From Mycoplasmatota bacterium (GTDB lineage: Bacteria; Bacillota_I; Bacilli_A; Izemoplasmatales; Izemoplasmataceae), in the NCBI GenBank assembly GCA_030595255.1, contig JAUVDP010000012.1, positions 1 through 32,955 on the forward strand: a stretch of DNA of 32,955 nucleotides. The letters are read 5' to 3'. Shown piece by piece: positions 18,245 to 27,025 of this stretch. The first letter of the stretch is position 1, and every line of letters starts with the position of its first letter. The position numbers were made by a program, and so were the translations under genes. The notes beneath the pieces were generated by a model. That model was given only the letters and a program-made list of their open reading frames with translations, was not told the DNA's origin and ran no database searches.

Positions 18245-18739
18245 ATGAGTATATATGTATTAGAAGAACAATTAAACGAATTTAAAATTGAAGTTATAGA
18301 CAAATACAGAGATACAAAAAGTCCTTTAATGCAAATTTTACAAGAATCACAAAAAAGATATGGTTGTGTTCCAGTAGAAGTCCAAGAATTTATTAGTAAA
18401 GAAATGAACATAACTACAGCTAAAATTAATGGAGTAGTATCATTTTACTCAATGTTTAGTTTGAAACCAAGTGGTAGACATATCTTAGGTGTTTGTACAG
18501 GTACAGCGTGTTATGTTAAAGGAGCTTCAAGACTAGTTGAAAGAGTTGAAGCTTTACTTGATACTGAGTATGGTTCTACAACTGAAGATGGATGTTTTAC
18601 TTTAGCTCATACTAGATGTGTTGGAGATTGTGCTCAAGCTCCAGTAATTATGGTAAATGACGAATTTAATGGTAAAGTAACTAGTGATGATATTCCAAAA
18701 ATAATTGCTAGACATCGAGGAAAGAATTGTAAAAAATAG
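18245..18739 (+). CDS. NuoE-like [2Fe-2S] thioredoxin-fold subunit (gamma) of the formate dehydrogenase
   Basis: CTGTACYVKG...CVGDCAQAP is the NuoE Cx4C..Cx3C pattern. SD AGGTGA lies 5 nt before ATG 18245. The track start at GTG 18236 overlaps the fdhA stop. Confidence 0.8.
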   Translation: MSIYVLEEQLNEFKIEVIDKYRDTKSPLMQILQESQKRYGCVPVEVQEFISKEMNITTAKINGVVSFYSMFSLKPSGRHILGVCTGTACYVKGASRLVERVEALLDTEYGSTTEDGCFTLAHTRCVGDCAQAPVIMVNDEFNGKVTSDDIPKIIARHRGKNCKK

Positions 18740-18744
18740 TATTT

Positions 18745-18790
18745 AAAAAGCAAGAATCATTTTAATTGATTCTTGCTTTTTTTGTTATTT
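18745..18790. terminator. bidirectional terminator, member of a repeated hairpin family
   Basis: AAGCAAGAATCA-TTTTAA-TTGATTCTTGCTT followed by TTTTTT. It is nearly identical to the hairpin at 19503-19526. Confidence 0.6.
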
Positions 18791-19357
18791 TTTAAGATAC
18801 AAAGTTAATACATATCCAAATATAAATACTACCCAAGCAATATACCATAAGTTAAACACTAACCCTAGTATAAGAAATATACCAGCACATGCTGAGTATA
18901 CCATATCCTCTTGTCTCTTTTCCTCTTTACTCGCTTCAGAATTAAAATTATAACCACCCATATCAAAACTAACATATAACAACATAGCTACTGATAGTGC
19001 AGCGATACTCAATATTATAATTGTATAAGTATTATAGTTTTCATATCCAAATATAAAGACTGAAATTGGGGAAAGAATTAGTAATACAATTGCTGATATC
19101 ATAATCAATTTATTTCTTTTTGATAGAACCCTTTTATCTTCTTTTTCAATAAGTTTCCCTTTAAGTATTTCATCAACAGTAATATCATATAGTTTTGCGA
19201 TTTCTAGTAATAATAGTGAATCGGGAAGATTCTCTCCTCTTTCCCATTTACTGACAGCTTGATATGATACTCCTAACTTTTCGGATAAATCTGTTTGTGT
19301 ATAATTGTTATCTTTACGTAATTTTGTAAGTAAATATGCAGCTTTATTTTCTAACAT
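18785..19357 (-). CDS. XRE-family HTH regulator with a C-terminal membrane anchor (paralog of 7747-8802)
   Basis: MLENKAAYLLTKLRKDNNYTQTDLSEKLGVSYQAVSKWERG is an HTH, followed by 3-4 TM helices. SD GGTGAGGTGG. Confidence 0.6.
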   Translation of the reverse strand: MLENKAAYLLTKLRKDNNYTQTDLSEKLGVSYQAVSKWERGENLPDSLLLLEIAKLYDITVDEILKGKLIEKEDKRVLSKRNKLIMISAIVLLILSPISVFIFGYENYNTYTIIILSIAALSVAMLLYVSFDMGGYNFNSEASKEEKRQEDMVYSACAGIFLILGLVFNLWYIAWVVFIFGYVLTLYLKK

Positions 19358-19495
19358 ATTACCACCTCACCTTCATAATACAATACAATTAATATGATTT
19401 GTATAACTTTGTGGTTTAATTATCTAAACCTAAGGTTGAATTTTATTACTTCTTCTCCTTATTAAGAGAAATATCTTACTCAACCTAAAAGTGAA

Positions 19496-19528
19496 ATAAA
19501 AAAGCAAGATCAATTGATTCTTGCTTTA
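19496..19528 (-). terminator. terminator overlapping the last codons of 19510-20289; second copy of the repeated hairpin
   Basis: AAGCAAGATCAATTGATTCTTGCTT, with TTTTTATTT on the minus strand. Confidence 0.45.
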
Positions 19529-20289
19529 AATTTACTTATAACTTCTTTTATATTAATAAATGGTAAAGACATTATACTCCATAGTGACATATAAAATATA
19601 AATGCTCCTGGAATTATATAGACAAATGGAATTGGTCTTTCTACTAATACTCCGTTTATTTCTTTTTGATAAGTAATCCATGGTGCTGCTGATTCAAATA
19701 AGACATACACATCATTACCACTACCCCAAATACCCATATAATTTGGCAAGTAGTTTCTTAAACCTACTTCTACAAAGAAAGCTGTTAAAGCCATATTATA
19801 CATCGCACCAAACATTAAAAGTAAAAACATATAACCTAAATGTTTAATACTAGGAACATGTAATTTCCATGCTATTAATAATAATGGTACTCCAACTAAT
19901 ATTACATGTGCAAAGAAGAATCTAATAGTGTTGTAAGCAAATAGTGTATCACCTGCTATATTATTTGGATATAGAAGTGAAGAGAATGCAAATACAGCAC
20001 CTAGATAATACATGTAATCTTTTAATATCTTATTCTTAGATAACATAAAGAACGGGTAAACTAAAGTTGAAAATCCACATAAATCAGTAAAGAATAGCTC
20101 ATACGTTTTTAAATCAGATTCTAGCCAATACCGAGAAAAATGAATTACCCAAGCTAAAATTGTTAAGCTAAAAAGAAACCAATATTTAAAACTATTAGAT
20201 CTATTTTTAAAAGCATAGTATAATCCAATAATTACTAAGGGTACTAACCCAGTATAAAATAAATGATTTAAACTAAACATATCTAGCAT
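19510..20289 (-). CDS. polytopic integral membrane protein (possibly the YwaF/TIGR02206-like family), paralog of 22100-22861
   Basis: About 8 TM helices. Roughly 50% identical to the paralog over the full length (..KYWFLFSLTILAW.HFSR..IRFFFAH.IL..). ATG 20289 has SD GGAGGGA. The track start is a TTG at 20304. Confidence 0.5.
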   Translation of the reverse strand: MLDMFSLNHLFYTGLVPLVIIGLYYAFKNRSNSFKYWFLFSLTILAWVIHFSRYWLESDLKTYELFFTDLCGFSTLVYPFFMLSKNKILKDYMYYLGAVFAFSSLLYPNNIAGDTLFAYNTIRFFFAHVILVGVPLLLIAWKLHVPSIKHLGYMFLLLMFGAMYNMALTAFFVEVGLRNYLPNYMGIWGSGNDVYVLFESAAPWITYQKEINGVLVERPIPFVYIIPGAFIFYMSLWSIMSLPFINIKEVISKFKARIN

Positions 20290-20354
20290 AATATATCCCT
20301 CCAAGTCGTAAATATTAAAATACTTGTCTATATAATTATACTACAAATATTTAT

Positions 20355-20390
20355 AAAAAAATACATTCCTTTTTGGAATGTATTTTATTT
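20355..20390. terminator. bidirectional terminator
   Basis: ATACATTCC-TTTTT-GGAATGTAT flanked by A7 and TTTATTT. It overlaps the ABC-F stop codon. Confidence 0.5.
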
Positions 20391-22008
20391 AATCTTTATA
20401 TAATTTCGAAACTTGTTCTTTAGCTTTTTCACTACCCAAGAAATTGTCAAATGATCCTTCAAAAGTATAAGAACCTAAATCTCCAACTTCCACTACTTTA
20501 TTAGTAACTGTGTTTAATAGTCTATGATCGTGTGATATTAATAGTAAAGAACCTCTATATTCTTTTAAGCCTGTATTTACGGATGAAATTGATTCTAAGT
20601 CTAAATGGTTTGTAGGTTGATCCATTAATAATGTATTAACTTCAGATAACATTAACTTAGATAACATACAACGCATCTTCTCTCCACCAGATAGATACTG
20701 AACTTTTTTAAATACTTGATCTCCACTAAATAACATTCTACCAAGGAATCCTCTAATATATGATTCGTGAGGGTCTTTTGAATATTGTCTAAGCCAATCA
20801 ATTAAAGAGAGTTTTGGATCAATAAAGTAATCTGTATTATCAAGTGGTAATAAAGAGTGAGTTACAGTTTGTCCCCATTTAATTGTCCCAGTATCTGGTT
20901 CAACTTCACCTTCTAGTACTTTTAGTAATAATGTTTTAGTCAAATCATCTTTTCCTGTAATAGCTACTTTATCATCTCTACTCACAACAAACGATACGTT
21001 CTCAAATATTTTTTTGCCTTCAAATGAAGCTGATAAATTTTCTACTGCTAGTACATCTTTACCAAGATTTCGTTCTATATCAAATCCAACAAAAGGATAC
21101 TTTCTTGATGAAGGTACTATTTCATCAAGATTAATTTTTTCTAAAGATTTTTTTCTTGAAGTTGCTTGAGAAGATTTTGATGCATTAGCGCTAAATCTAG
21201 CTATAAATGCTTTTAACTCTTTAATTTTATCTTCTTTTTTCTTATTAGAAGCAAGCATTAATCTTTGAGCTAATTCTGATGACTGTTTCCAGAAATCATA
21301 GTTACCTGGATAAAGCTTAACTGCGAAATAATCTATATCAACCATGTGAGTACATACTTTATTTAAGAAATGTCTATCATGTGATACTGTAATAACTGTT
21401 TTATCAAAATCTAGTAAGAAATTTTCAAGCCAATCAATTGCTTCAAAGTCTAGGTGGTTTGTAGGTTCATCTAGTAATAAAATATCGGGATCACCAAACA
21501 ATGCTTGAGCTAACAATATCTTAACTTTATCTTGCCCAATTACTTCACTCATCTTTTTATCAAAGTTATCACTATTTACTTTCAATCCATTTAATAACTT
21601 CTCAGCTTCAACTTCAGCATTCCATCCATCAAGTTCAGCAAACTCAATTTCAAGTTCGGCGGACTTCATTCCATCTTCATCAGTAAATGGATCTCTTGCA
21701 TATAACTCTTCTTTTTCTTTCATTATGTCAAATAATCTTTTATGTCCCATAATAACAGTCTCAATAACACCAAAATCATCATATTCATAATGATCTTGTT
21801 TTAATACTGCCATTCTATTTCCTTTTTCAATAATTATGTCTCCTCTAGTAGACTCTTTATCTCCTGAAAGAATCTTTAAGAAAGTAGACTTACCGGACCC
21901 ATTAGCCCCTATTACACCATAGCAATTACCTGGTATAAATTTAATATTTACATCTTCAAATATTTTCTTATCAGAAAATATTAAATCTAAATTTGATACT
22001 GTGATCAT
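20389..22008 (-). CDS. ABC-F family ATPase (two tandem ABC domains, no TM domain; translation-factor/ARE-like)
   Basis: Domain 1 has GANGSGKST and LLLDEPTNHLD. Domain 2 has LSGGEKMRCMLS and LLMDQPTNHLD. The inter-domain linker is about 65 aa and K/R-rich. ATG 22008 has SD AGGAG 8 nt upstream. The track start at GTG 22041 is less likely. Confidence 0.8.
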   Translation of the reverse strand: MITVSNLDLIFSDKKIFEDVNIKFIPGNCYGVIGANGSGKSTFLKILSGDKESTRGDIIIEKGNRMAVLKQDHYEYDDFGVIETVIMGHKRLFDIMKEKEELYARDPFTDEDGMKSAELEIEFAELDGWNAEVEAEKLLNGLKVNSDNFDKKMSEVIGQDKVKILLAQALFGDPDILLLDEPTNHLDFEAIDWLENFLLDFDKTVITVSHDRHFLNKVCTHMVDIDYFAVKLYPGNYDFWKQSSELAQRLMLASNKKKEDKIKELKAFIARFSANASKSSQATSRKKSLEKINLDEIVPSSRKYPFVGFDIERNLGKDVLAVENLSASFEGKKIFENVSFVVSRDDKVAITGKDDLTKTLLLKVLEGEVEPDTGTIKWGQTVTHSLLPLDNTDYFIDPKLSLIDWLRQYSKDPHESYIRGFLGRMLFSGDQVFKKVQYLSGGEKMRCMLSKLMLSEVNTLLMDQPTNHLDLESISSVNTGLKEYRGSLLLISHDHRLLNTVTNKVVEVGDLGSYTFEGSFDNFLGSEKAKEQVSKLYKD

Positions 22009-22079
22009 ACTATCAACTCCTAGCCTTTTAAATACTACCACAACAGTAGGGAAATTCCTACAAATTAGTTCTTTTTTTT

Positions 22080-22108
22080 ACAAAAAAAGGATAGAATTTC
22101 TATCCTTT
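22080..22108 (-). terminator. terminator of 22100-22861
   Basis: AAAGGATAGAA-TT-TCTATCCTTT is a 10-11 bp perfect stem, with T7 on the minus strand. Confidence 0.5.
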
Positions 22109-22861
22109 ACTCTTTTTAAAATTAATAAACGGAACAGACATACTAAACCAAACAGGAAATGCGAATAAAATAGTACTTGGAAGCATATACACAAACGGTA
22201 TTGGTCTTTCCGTTAGAATACCATTAAATTCAGTTTCGTATGTGGCCCAAGGTGCAAATATTAGTGCCACATCACTAAATACATCGTCCCCATTACCCCA
22301 AACACCCATATAATTTTCTAAATAGGGTTTAAGACCAGTTTCAACAAAAAATGCTGAAAGTGCCATATTATAAACCGCACCCATTAACACAAATAGAAAC
22401 ATCCATCCTAAATTCTTAATATTTGGTATATGCAGTTTCCATGAAGCTGAAAGAACAGGAACCATTATAAGTATTAAATGTGCAAAGAAAAATCTAATTG
22501 AGTTAAATGCAAATATAGGATCTCCTTCTACTGTATATGGATAACCAAGTGATAAGAATGCAAAAAATCCTCCAACATAATACATGTAGTCTTTAGCAAG
22601 TTTTGATTTTGATAAAAATAAAAACGGATAAAGTAATGTAGATAATCCACATAAATTCGTAAAAAACAGTTGGTAAGTTCTTAAATTATCAGAATAAATA
22701 ATACGAGAAAAATGTACTAACCAAGCTAAAATTGTTAAAGAGAATAAAAACCAATACTTGAATTTATCTGATTTAGATTTAAAACCATGATGAACTACAA
22801 CTATAATTAAAAATGCAGTTATTACCCATAAATAATGATTTAAAGTAAATATATTTATCAT
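22100..22861 (-). CDS. polytopic integral membrane protein, paralog of 19510-20289
   Basis: Same length and topology as the paralog, with conserved blocks. The start MINIFTLNHYLW aligns to MLDMFSLNHLFY. Confidence 0.5.
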   Translation of the reverse strand: MINIFTLNHYLWVITAFLIIVVVHHGFKSKSDKFKYWFLFSLTILAWLVHFSRIIYSDNLRTYQLFFTNLCGLSTLLYPFLFLSKSKLAKDYMYYVGGFFAFLSLGYPYTVEGDPIFAFNSIRFFFAHLILIMVPVLSASWKLHIPNIKNLGWMFLFVLMGAVYNMALSAFFVETGLKPYLENYMGVWGNGDDVFSDVALIFAPWATYETEFNGILTERPIPFVYMLPSTILFAFPVWFSMSVPFINFKKSKG

Positions 22862-22909
22862 AAAAATCATCCTATCTTATTGTATTTACATATCTTTAGT
22901 AACTATTAA

Positions 22910-22938
22910 ATTATAACATTTGAATTTTTGCTAGTCAA
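22910..22938 (-). promoter_or_regulatory. near-consensus sigma-A promoter (TTGACT-17-TATAAT) for 22100-22861
   Basis: Reverse complement: -35 at 22933-22938, a 17-nt spacer, and -10 at 22910-22915. Confidence 0.45.
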
Positions 22939-22944
22939 CTAAGT

Positions 22945-22985
22945 AAAAAAAAGAATATTGTTTACTATACAATATTCTTTTTTAT
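22945..22985. terminator. bidirectional terminator ending the TIR operon
   Basis: AAGAATATTGT-TTACTAT-ACAATATTCTT flanked by A6 and T6. Confidence 0.5.
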
Positions 22986-23287
22986 TAAATTATAATACCT
23001 AAAAGTGAATTAATTTTTTTAAGTTTTCTCTTAATTTTTCTACTATTCCAAATAGAATGTTTTAGATGCTTTTTAATTGCTTCTAAATACTTATAGACTT
23101 TCTTTAAATCTCTTTTACTTATTACTTTGTTACTATTTACTGAATATGATACTTTTTCCTTTAATTCAAATAAGTATTTTTTATATTTTTCGTTTTTTAC
23201 ATTTTCTCTTACTTTTTCCAATTCCTTTGCTAAATCAAATAAATTAGTAATTGTAATTCTTCTTTTGTTTTCTATATCTTTACCCAT
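22985..23287 (-). CDS. small lysine-rich (very basic) hypothetical protein, the last gene of the TIR operon
   Basis: 100 aa, about 30% K/R, predicted helical. SD TAGGTGA. It lies 8 nt downstream of the SPFH gene. Confidence 0.4.
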   Translation of the reverse strand: MGKDIENKRRITITNLFDLAKELEKVRENVKNEKYKKYLFELKEKVSYSVNSNKVISKRDLKKVYKYLEAIKKHLKHSIWNSRKIKRKLKKINSLLGIII

Positions 23288-23295
23288 AATATCAC

Positions 23296-24159
23296 CTACA
23301 TCTTACTTCCACAGTTACTGCAAAACTTTGCACCAACTGGATTTTTGTGTCCACATTCATTACAGAATGCGAACTTTGGTTTATCGTGTTTATTTTCTTT
23401 TCTTAATTCTTTTCTTTGATCTTTTTCCATATCAAATTTCATCTTATTAATAATATTATCTTTTTTAGCACTAGTCATTAAATTAATGAAGTCTTCATCA
23501 TAGAAGAATCTTTCAATAAAGAATTTATTTACCTCTACTCCATACTCACTAAAGATAGGTTGTAGTATTTCTTTTATATCAGAGGCGATTTTCTTCTCTT
23601 TTGTAGTAATAACAGCTATATCATTAATACCGTATTTATTCTTAACAAATACAGTTGCTATAGCATTTCTAATCTCTACGTTAAGCTCTGATTTAAAAAA
23701 CTCTTTAACCATTTCTTGAGTAAGTTTTTCATGTGCTCCTTGTACTTTTGAGAATAGCTTCATTGAGTTGTTTACAGAAAACTTATACGCTCCATTCGCT
23801 CCTACAAAAGTATGTAGATCAAAGTCTCTATCGTATACATCAATTTTATTTGGTGTTCCCCATTTATTCTCTAATTGAGCTAATCTATTAATATAGTATA
23901 CTTGACAATCTTCACTAGTTTTAGCATCCTTAAATAATAATTGAAACAATGATTGTCTCTTATCATTAATTAAGTAATACTCTTCTCTATCATTAAACGA
24001 TCCTAGATATACTCCTTTTCTTAAAAATATAATATCGCAATCTTTTCTAGAATATATTTTAGATTTTTGTGTTAAAACTGATACATCACTTTGCCATATA
24101 ACAGCGCTTGGATCTCCTTTAAATATAACATCATTAGGTTTAATCTTTTCCTTGCTCAT
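23296..24159 (-). CDS. SPFH/band-7-like protein (COG4260 'putative virion core protein', YdjI-like) with a C-terminal zinc ribbon
   Basis: 287 aa. The C-terminus has FCNECGHKNPVGAKFCSNCG (CxxC-x10-CxxC). The N-terminal 250 aa are of soluble alpha/beta type. SD AAAGGGGAGA. It lies 2 nt after the upstream gene. Confidence 0.45.
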   Translation of the reverse strand: MSKEKIKPNDVIFKGDPSAVIWQSDVSVLTQKSKIYSRKDCDIIFLRKGVYLGSFNDREEYYLINDKRQSLFQLLFKDAKTSEDCQVYYINRLAQLENKWGTPNKIDVYDRDFDLHTFVGANGAYKFSVNNSMKLFSKVQGAHEKLTQEMVKEFFKSELNVEIRNAIATVFVKNKYGINDIAVITTKEKKIASDIKEILQPIFSEYGVEVNKFFIERFFYDEDFINLMTSAKKDNIINKMKFDMEKDQRKELRKENKHDKPKFAFCNECGHKNPVGAKFCSNCGSKM

Positions 24160-24161
24160 AA

Positions 24162-24986
24162 TTATCTCCCCTTTTTAATTCTATATTTTATAGTCTTTAA
24201 CTTTTTTTCTGCTTCAATCTTTATATGTTTCTTAAATACTGGGTCACTATTTATTGAATCTTTAACTGGGAACTCATCAATTCTTTTAATTCCAAAATAA
24301 ATTCCGCTTATTAACCCTATTACTATTACTAAATGAATGTTATATTCAAAGTCATTTATAGTTTCTGATACTATTTTAGTACCATCTAAAATAGATGATA
24401 ATAATAATACAGTTAATCCTATTAACAAAAATGATATTGATGATTTTACAAACTCTTTTATTATTAACGAAAATGAACTTCTAAATAATCTATTTGAATT
24501 AATTCTATTAATATTAAAATTTGGTAAATACACTTTTTCTACATTATTAGTAATTAATTCAGGCAGTTTCTTATTTTTATAATCATCTTTATATACATCC
24601 AACATTATCTTACTCATATCTTTCCCAATCTTTTTATCGACTAATGTTTGATATATTTCTAATGTTGTTTCTTTAGGAAAATCTCTAGTTAATAACATTA
24701 GCTTGTTTTCCTCGTAATAAACTCTTAAAAATGCATATTCTATATACTTGTCAACATATTTCTTACTTGCTCCACTATAATCCTTTTTTATGTTAGCAAG
24801 ATAATACGCATTCCTAATAACCTCTTTAAGTTCTTTTGAATACTTGTCTTTATGTTCATTAGGTAATATTTTCTTAATGAAAACTTCATCATCTAGTTGT
24901 TGTTTCTCATATAATATATTAGCTCCACATGAATCACATATTAATGTCATTTCATTAAGTCTTTTATTACATTCTCTACATATCAT
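24162..24986 (-). CDS. N-terminal zinc-ribbon protein with two C-terminal TM helices (YdjG-like membrane anchor candidate)
   Basis: MICRECNKRLNEMTLICDSCGAN (CxxC-x12-CxxC). TM helices at ..ISFLLIGLTVLLLSSIL.. and ..IHLVIVIGLISGIYFGI... SD GAGGGGGA. It overlaps the TIR gene by 11 nt. Confidence 0.5.
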   Translation of the reverse strand: MICRECNKRLNEMTLICDSCGANILYEKQQLDDEVFIKKILPNEHKDKYSKELKEVIRNAYYLANIKKDYSGASKKYVDKYIEYAFLRVYYEENKLMLLTRDFPKETTLEIYQTLVDKKIGKDMSKIMLDVYKDDYKNKKLPELITNNVEKVYLPNFNINRINSNRLFRSSFSLIIKEFVKSSISFLLIGLTVLLLSSILDGTKIVSETINDFEYNIHLVIVIGLISGIYFGIKRIDEFPVKDSINSDPVFKKHIKIEAEKKLKTIKYRIKKGR

Positions 24987-26937
24987 TTTCTGTCCCCCTC
25001 ACAAGTAATTCTATTCTACTGTTTTTATTTCTCTTTTTGTGATAACAGTGAAGGATTAAGTCATCTGCAAATTCATTATATTTGTCAGAATCAAATAATT
25101 TCTGGAAAATTACTGAATCTAAAATTGCTGTTCTTTCCTTTTTCCTTAATTTATATATTGCATCATATGCATCATATGTATTTTTAGCTTTTATTTTAGA
25201 CAAGAATAGATATAAGTACTTATCATATGAAGAATTATCATAATAGAATAGTTCTTTTGCAGATTTATAAGCACCTTTAAAATTACCATCAATAAGTAAA
25301 GAATCAGTTCTTTCATATGTTTTTCTTATAACTTCAGATAGTTCTTGAAGATTCACATTTCTTTTTTCAGTTCCTTGAGCAAAGTTATTGTAATATCTTT
25401 TATGATATTCCTTCAAATGACTCCGTTCAAAGTCTTTGTGATTCTTAATTTTATCGAAGTCTTCAAATAAATATTCTAATTCTTTAATAAGTTTTTCATT
25501 ATCAATTCTCATATTTACAGCAAAATCAGTTGAGAATTCATGATTTATTATCGAGTTCCCCCATAAACATAAAATATGGTTACTACAATGCGAATTTAAG
25601 AAATCTATTTTAGTTCCATCAAGAGTGTTCTTCTCATTTAAATACTCTATTAATCTTGAATATATTAGCTCCTCATATTTACTAATATTCTCTGGATACT
25701 CATCACTTCTAAAATCTGCATATCTTTTATATTGTTTAAAAGGTACTTGTTCATAATAATCTAGCAATTGGCTTAAAGAAGATGTTCTCTTTACATTGTT
25801 ATTAAAGACTTCTGTGCTATCAAATTTATTTTTAGCAAGAAATAATAACCACCATGCTTCACTTGAATCTGGACTAACTCCAAGTGCATCTTTAATAGTA
25901 TTTGAAGCTTCGTCGTAGTTAGAGTTCAATAATTCAACTCTAGATCTATTCATCTTCTTTGTAAACTCGTCTATTTCAGATGCTTGTTTTCTACTTCTTC
26001 TATTATTTTCCTTTTTAATCTCACTATTCAATATTTCATAAACCCTTTTTCTTAATGTTTTTAGTGCTGCATCTTTATCCTCTGTTGCATCTACCCATTT
26101 ATTACCATCAAAGAAATATTTAAAAACTGAAGTATGTTTTGAGGTATCAATTTTATATTCTATTCTTCTTTTCTTTAGTTTTGTTGCGAATTCAATTTCT
26201 TTTTTTACATCTCTACTGATCATAGCATCATGTGATGAAATTACTAGGAAAAGCCTAGATTTTGTAATTGCATCTTCAATGTTGTTCCAATAATTCTCAT
26301 TATCATTGGGTCTTAAGTTTCTAGTAGAGATCCAACAGGTATTACTATCCTCTTCTAGTGTATTTAAAACTTCATTAGCGTATTCTAATTCAGTTGATCT
26401 AAATGAAATAAAGACATCTCTAGGAATAAGTGAATAGTTCTCTTCATCAATAAGTTTTTGTCTATACACTTCTTTATATTTACCAAGTTTCGATAAATCA
26501 TTATTAGAAATAAACGTTTCTACTAAGCCCCTATCTCTAATATCACTATAACCTATTATATGATCTATTATAGTTTCTATTTCCTCAGGAAGATTACTAA
26601 TAATCTGTTCATAAAAATCAAATAAGTATCTTCTAGCACCAAAAGAATAATTTGCGTAAGCATAAAAATAATTTCCTAAATAGTCTTTAGGAATTAAACT
26701 TAAAATTTCTTTTGAAAAATGTAAAATATTTTTGTGATCATCAGATAGTATTGATTTTTGAAGATTACTTCTAAGCTTTTTAATATTAGAAATATCTTTT
26801 ATCGATTTCCCCGCAAAATCTTTTCCATTTTCTAATAAAAAAGTATTACCACATGCATCACATTTCTTTGTTATATCTTCGGTTTCTACATCTAATGTAT
26901 TACCACAAGTAGTACACGCCACCCTATAAAGTTCCAT
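24976..26937 (-). CDS. zinc-ribbon + TIR-domain + TPR-like repeat protein (candidate NADase effector)
   Basis: The N-terminus has CTTCGNTLDVETEDITKKCDACGN (CxxC-x14-CxxC). The TIR core runs about residues 170-260: DVFISFRSTELEYANEVLNTLEE..RLFLVISSHDAMISRDVKKEIEFA, with βA DVFISF and S..S(R)..EI matching the SxxxxxSRWCLDEL catalytic-Glu block. The C-terminal 350 aa are helical-repeat/TPR-like. ATG 26937 has SD AGGAGG 6 nt upstream. The track start at 27015 is a 26-aa out-of-context N-extension. Confidence 0.7.
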   Translation of the reverse strand: MELYRVACTTCGNTLDVETEDITKKCDACGNTFLLENGKDFAGKSIKDISNIKKLRSNLQKSILSDDHKNILHFSKEILSLIPKDYLGNYFYAYANYSFGARRYLFDFYEQIISNLPEEIETIIDHIIGYSDIRDRGLVETFISNNDLSKLGKYKEVYRQKLIDEENYSLIPRDVFISFRSTELEYANEVLNTLEEDSNTCWISTRNLRPNDNENYWNNIEDAITKSRLFLVISSHDAMISRDVKKEIEFATKLKKRRIEYKIDTSKHTSVFKYFFDGNKWVDATEDKDAALKTLRKRVYEILNSEIKKENNRRSRKQASEIDEFTKKMNRSRVELLNSNYDEASNTIKDALGVSPDSSEAWWLLFLAKNKFDSTEVFNNNVKRTSSLSQLLDYYEQVPFKQYKRYADFRSDEYPENISKYEELIYSRLIEYLNEKNTLDGTKIDFLNSHCSNHILCLWGNSIINHEFSTDFAVNMRIDNEKLIKELEYLFEDFDKIKNHKDFERSHLKEYHKRYYNNFAQGTEKRNVNLQELSEVIRKTYERTDSLLIDGNFKGAYKSAKELFYYDNSSYDKYLYLFLSKIKAKNTYDAYDAIYKLRKKERTAILDSVIFQKLFDSDKYNEFADDLILHCYHKKRNKNSRIELLVRGTENDM

Positions 26938-27025
26938 TCTCATCCTCCTATAAAAATACAAAAAAAAGTGAAAAAATCGCTTTTCACCTTGTATTATATT
27001 CTCCCTGCATAGCAACTATATATTA

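Noticed and set aside
23127-24582. Plus-strand ORFs 23127-23450, 24091-24300 and 24337-24582.
   Set aside because: They are antisense to the tightly packed TIR-operon genes. The translations are low-complexity.
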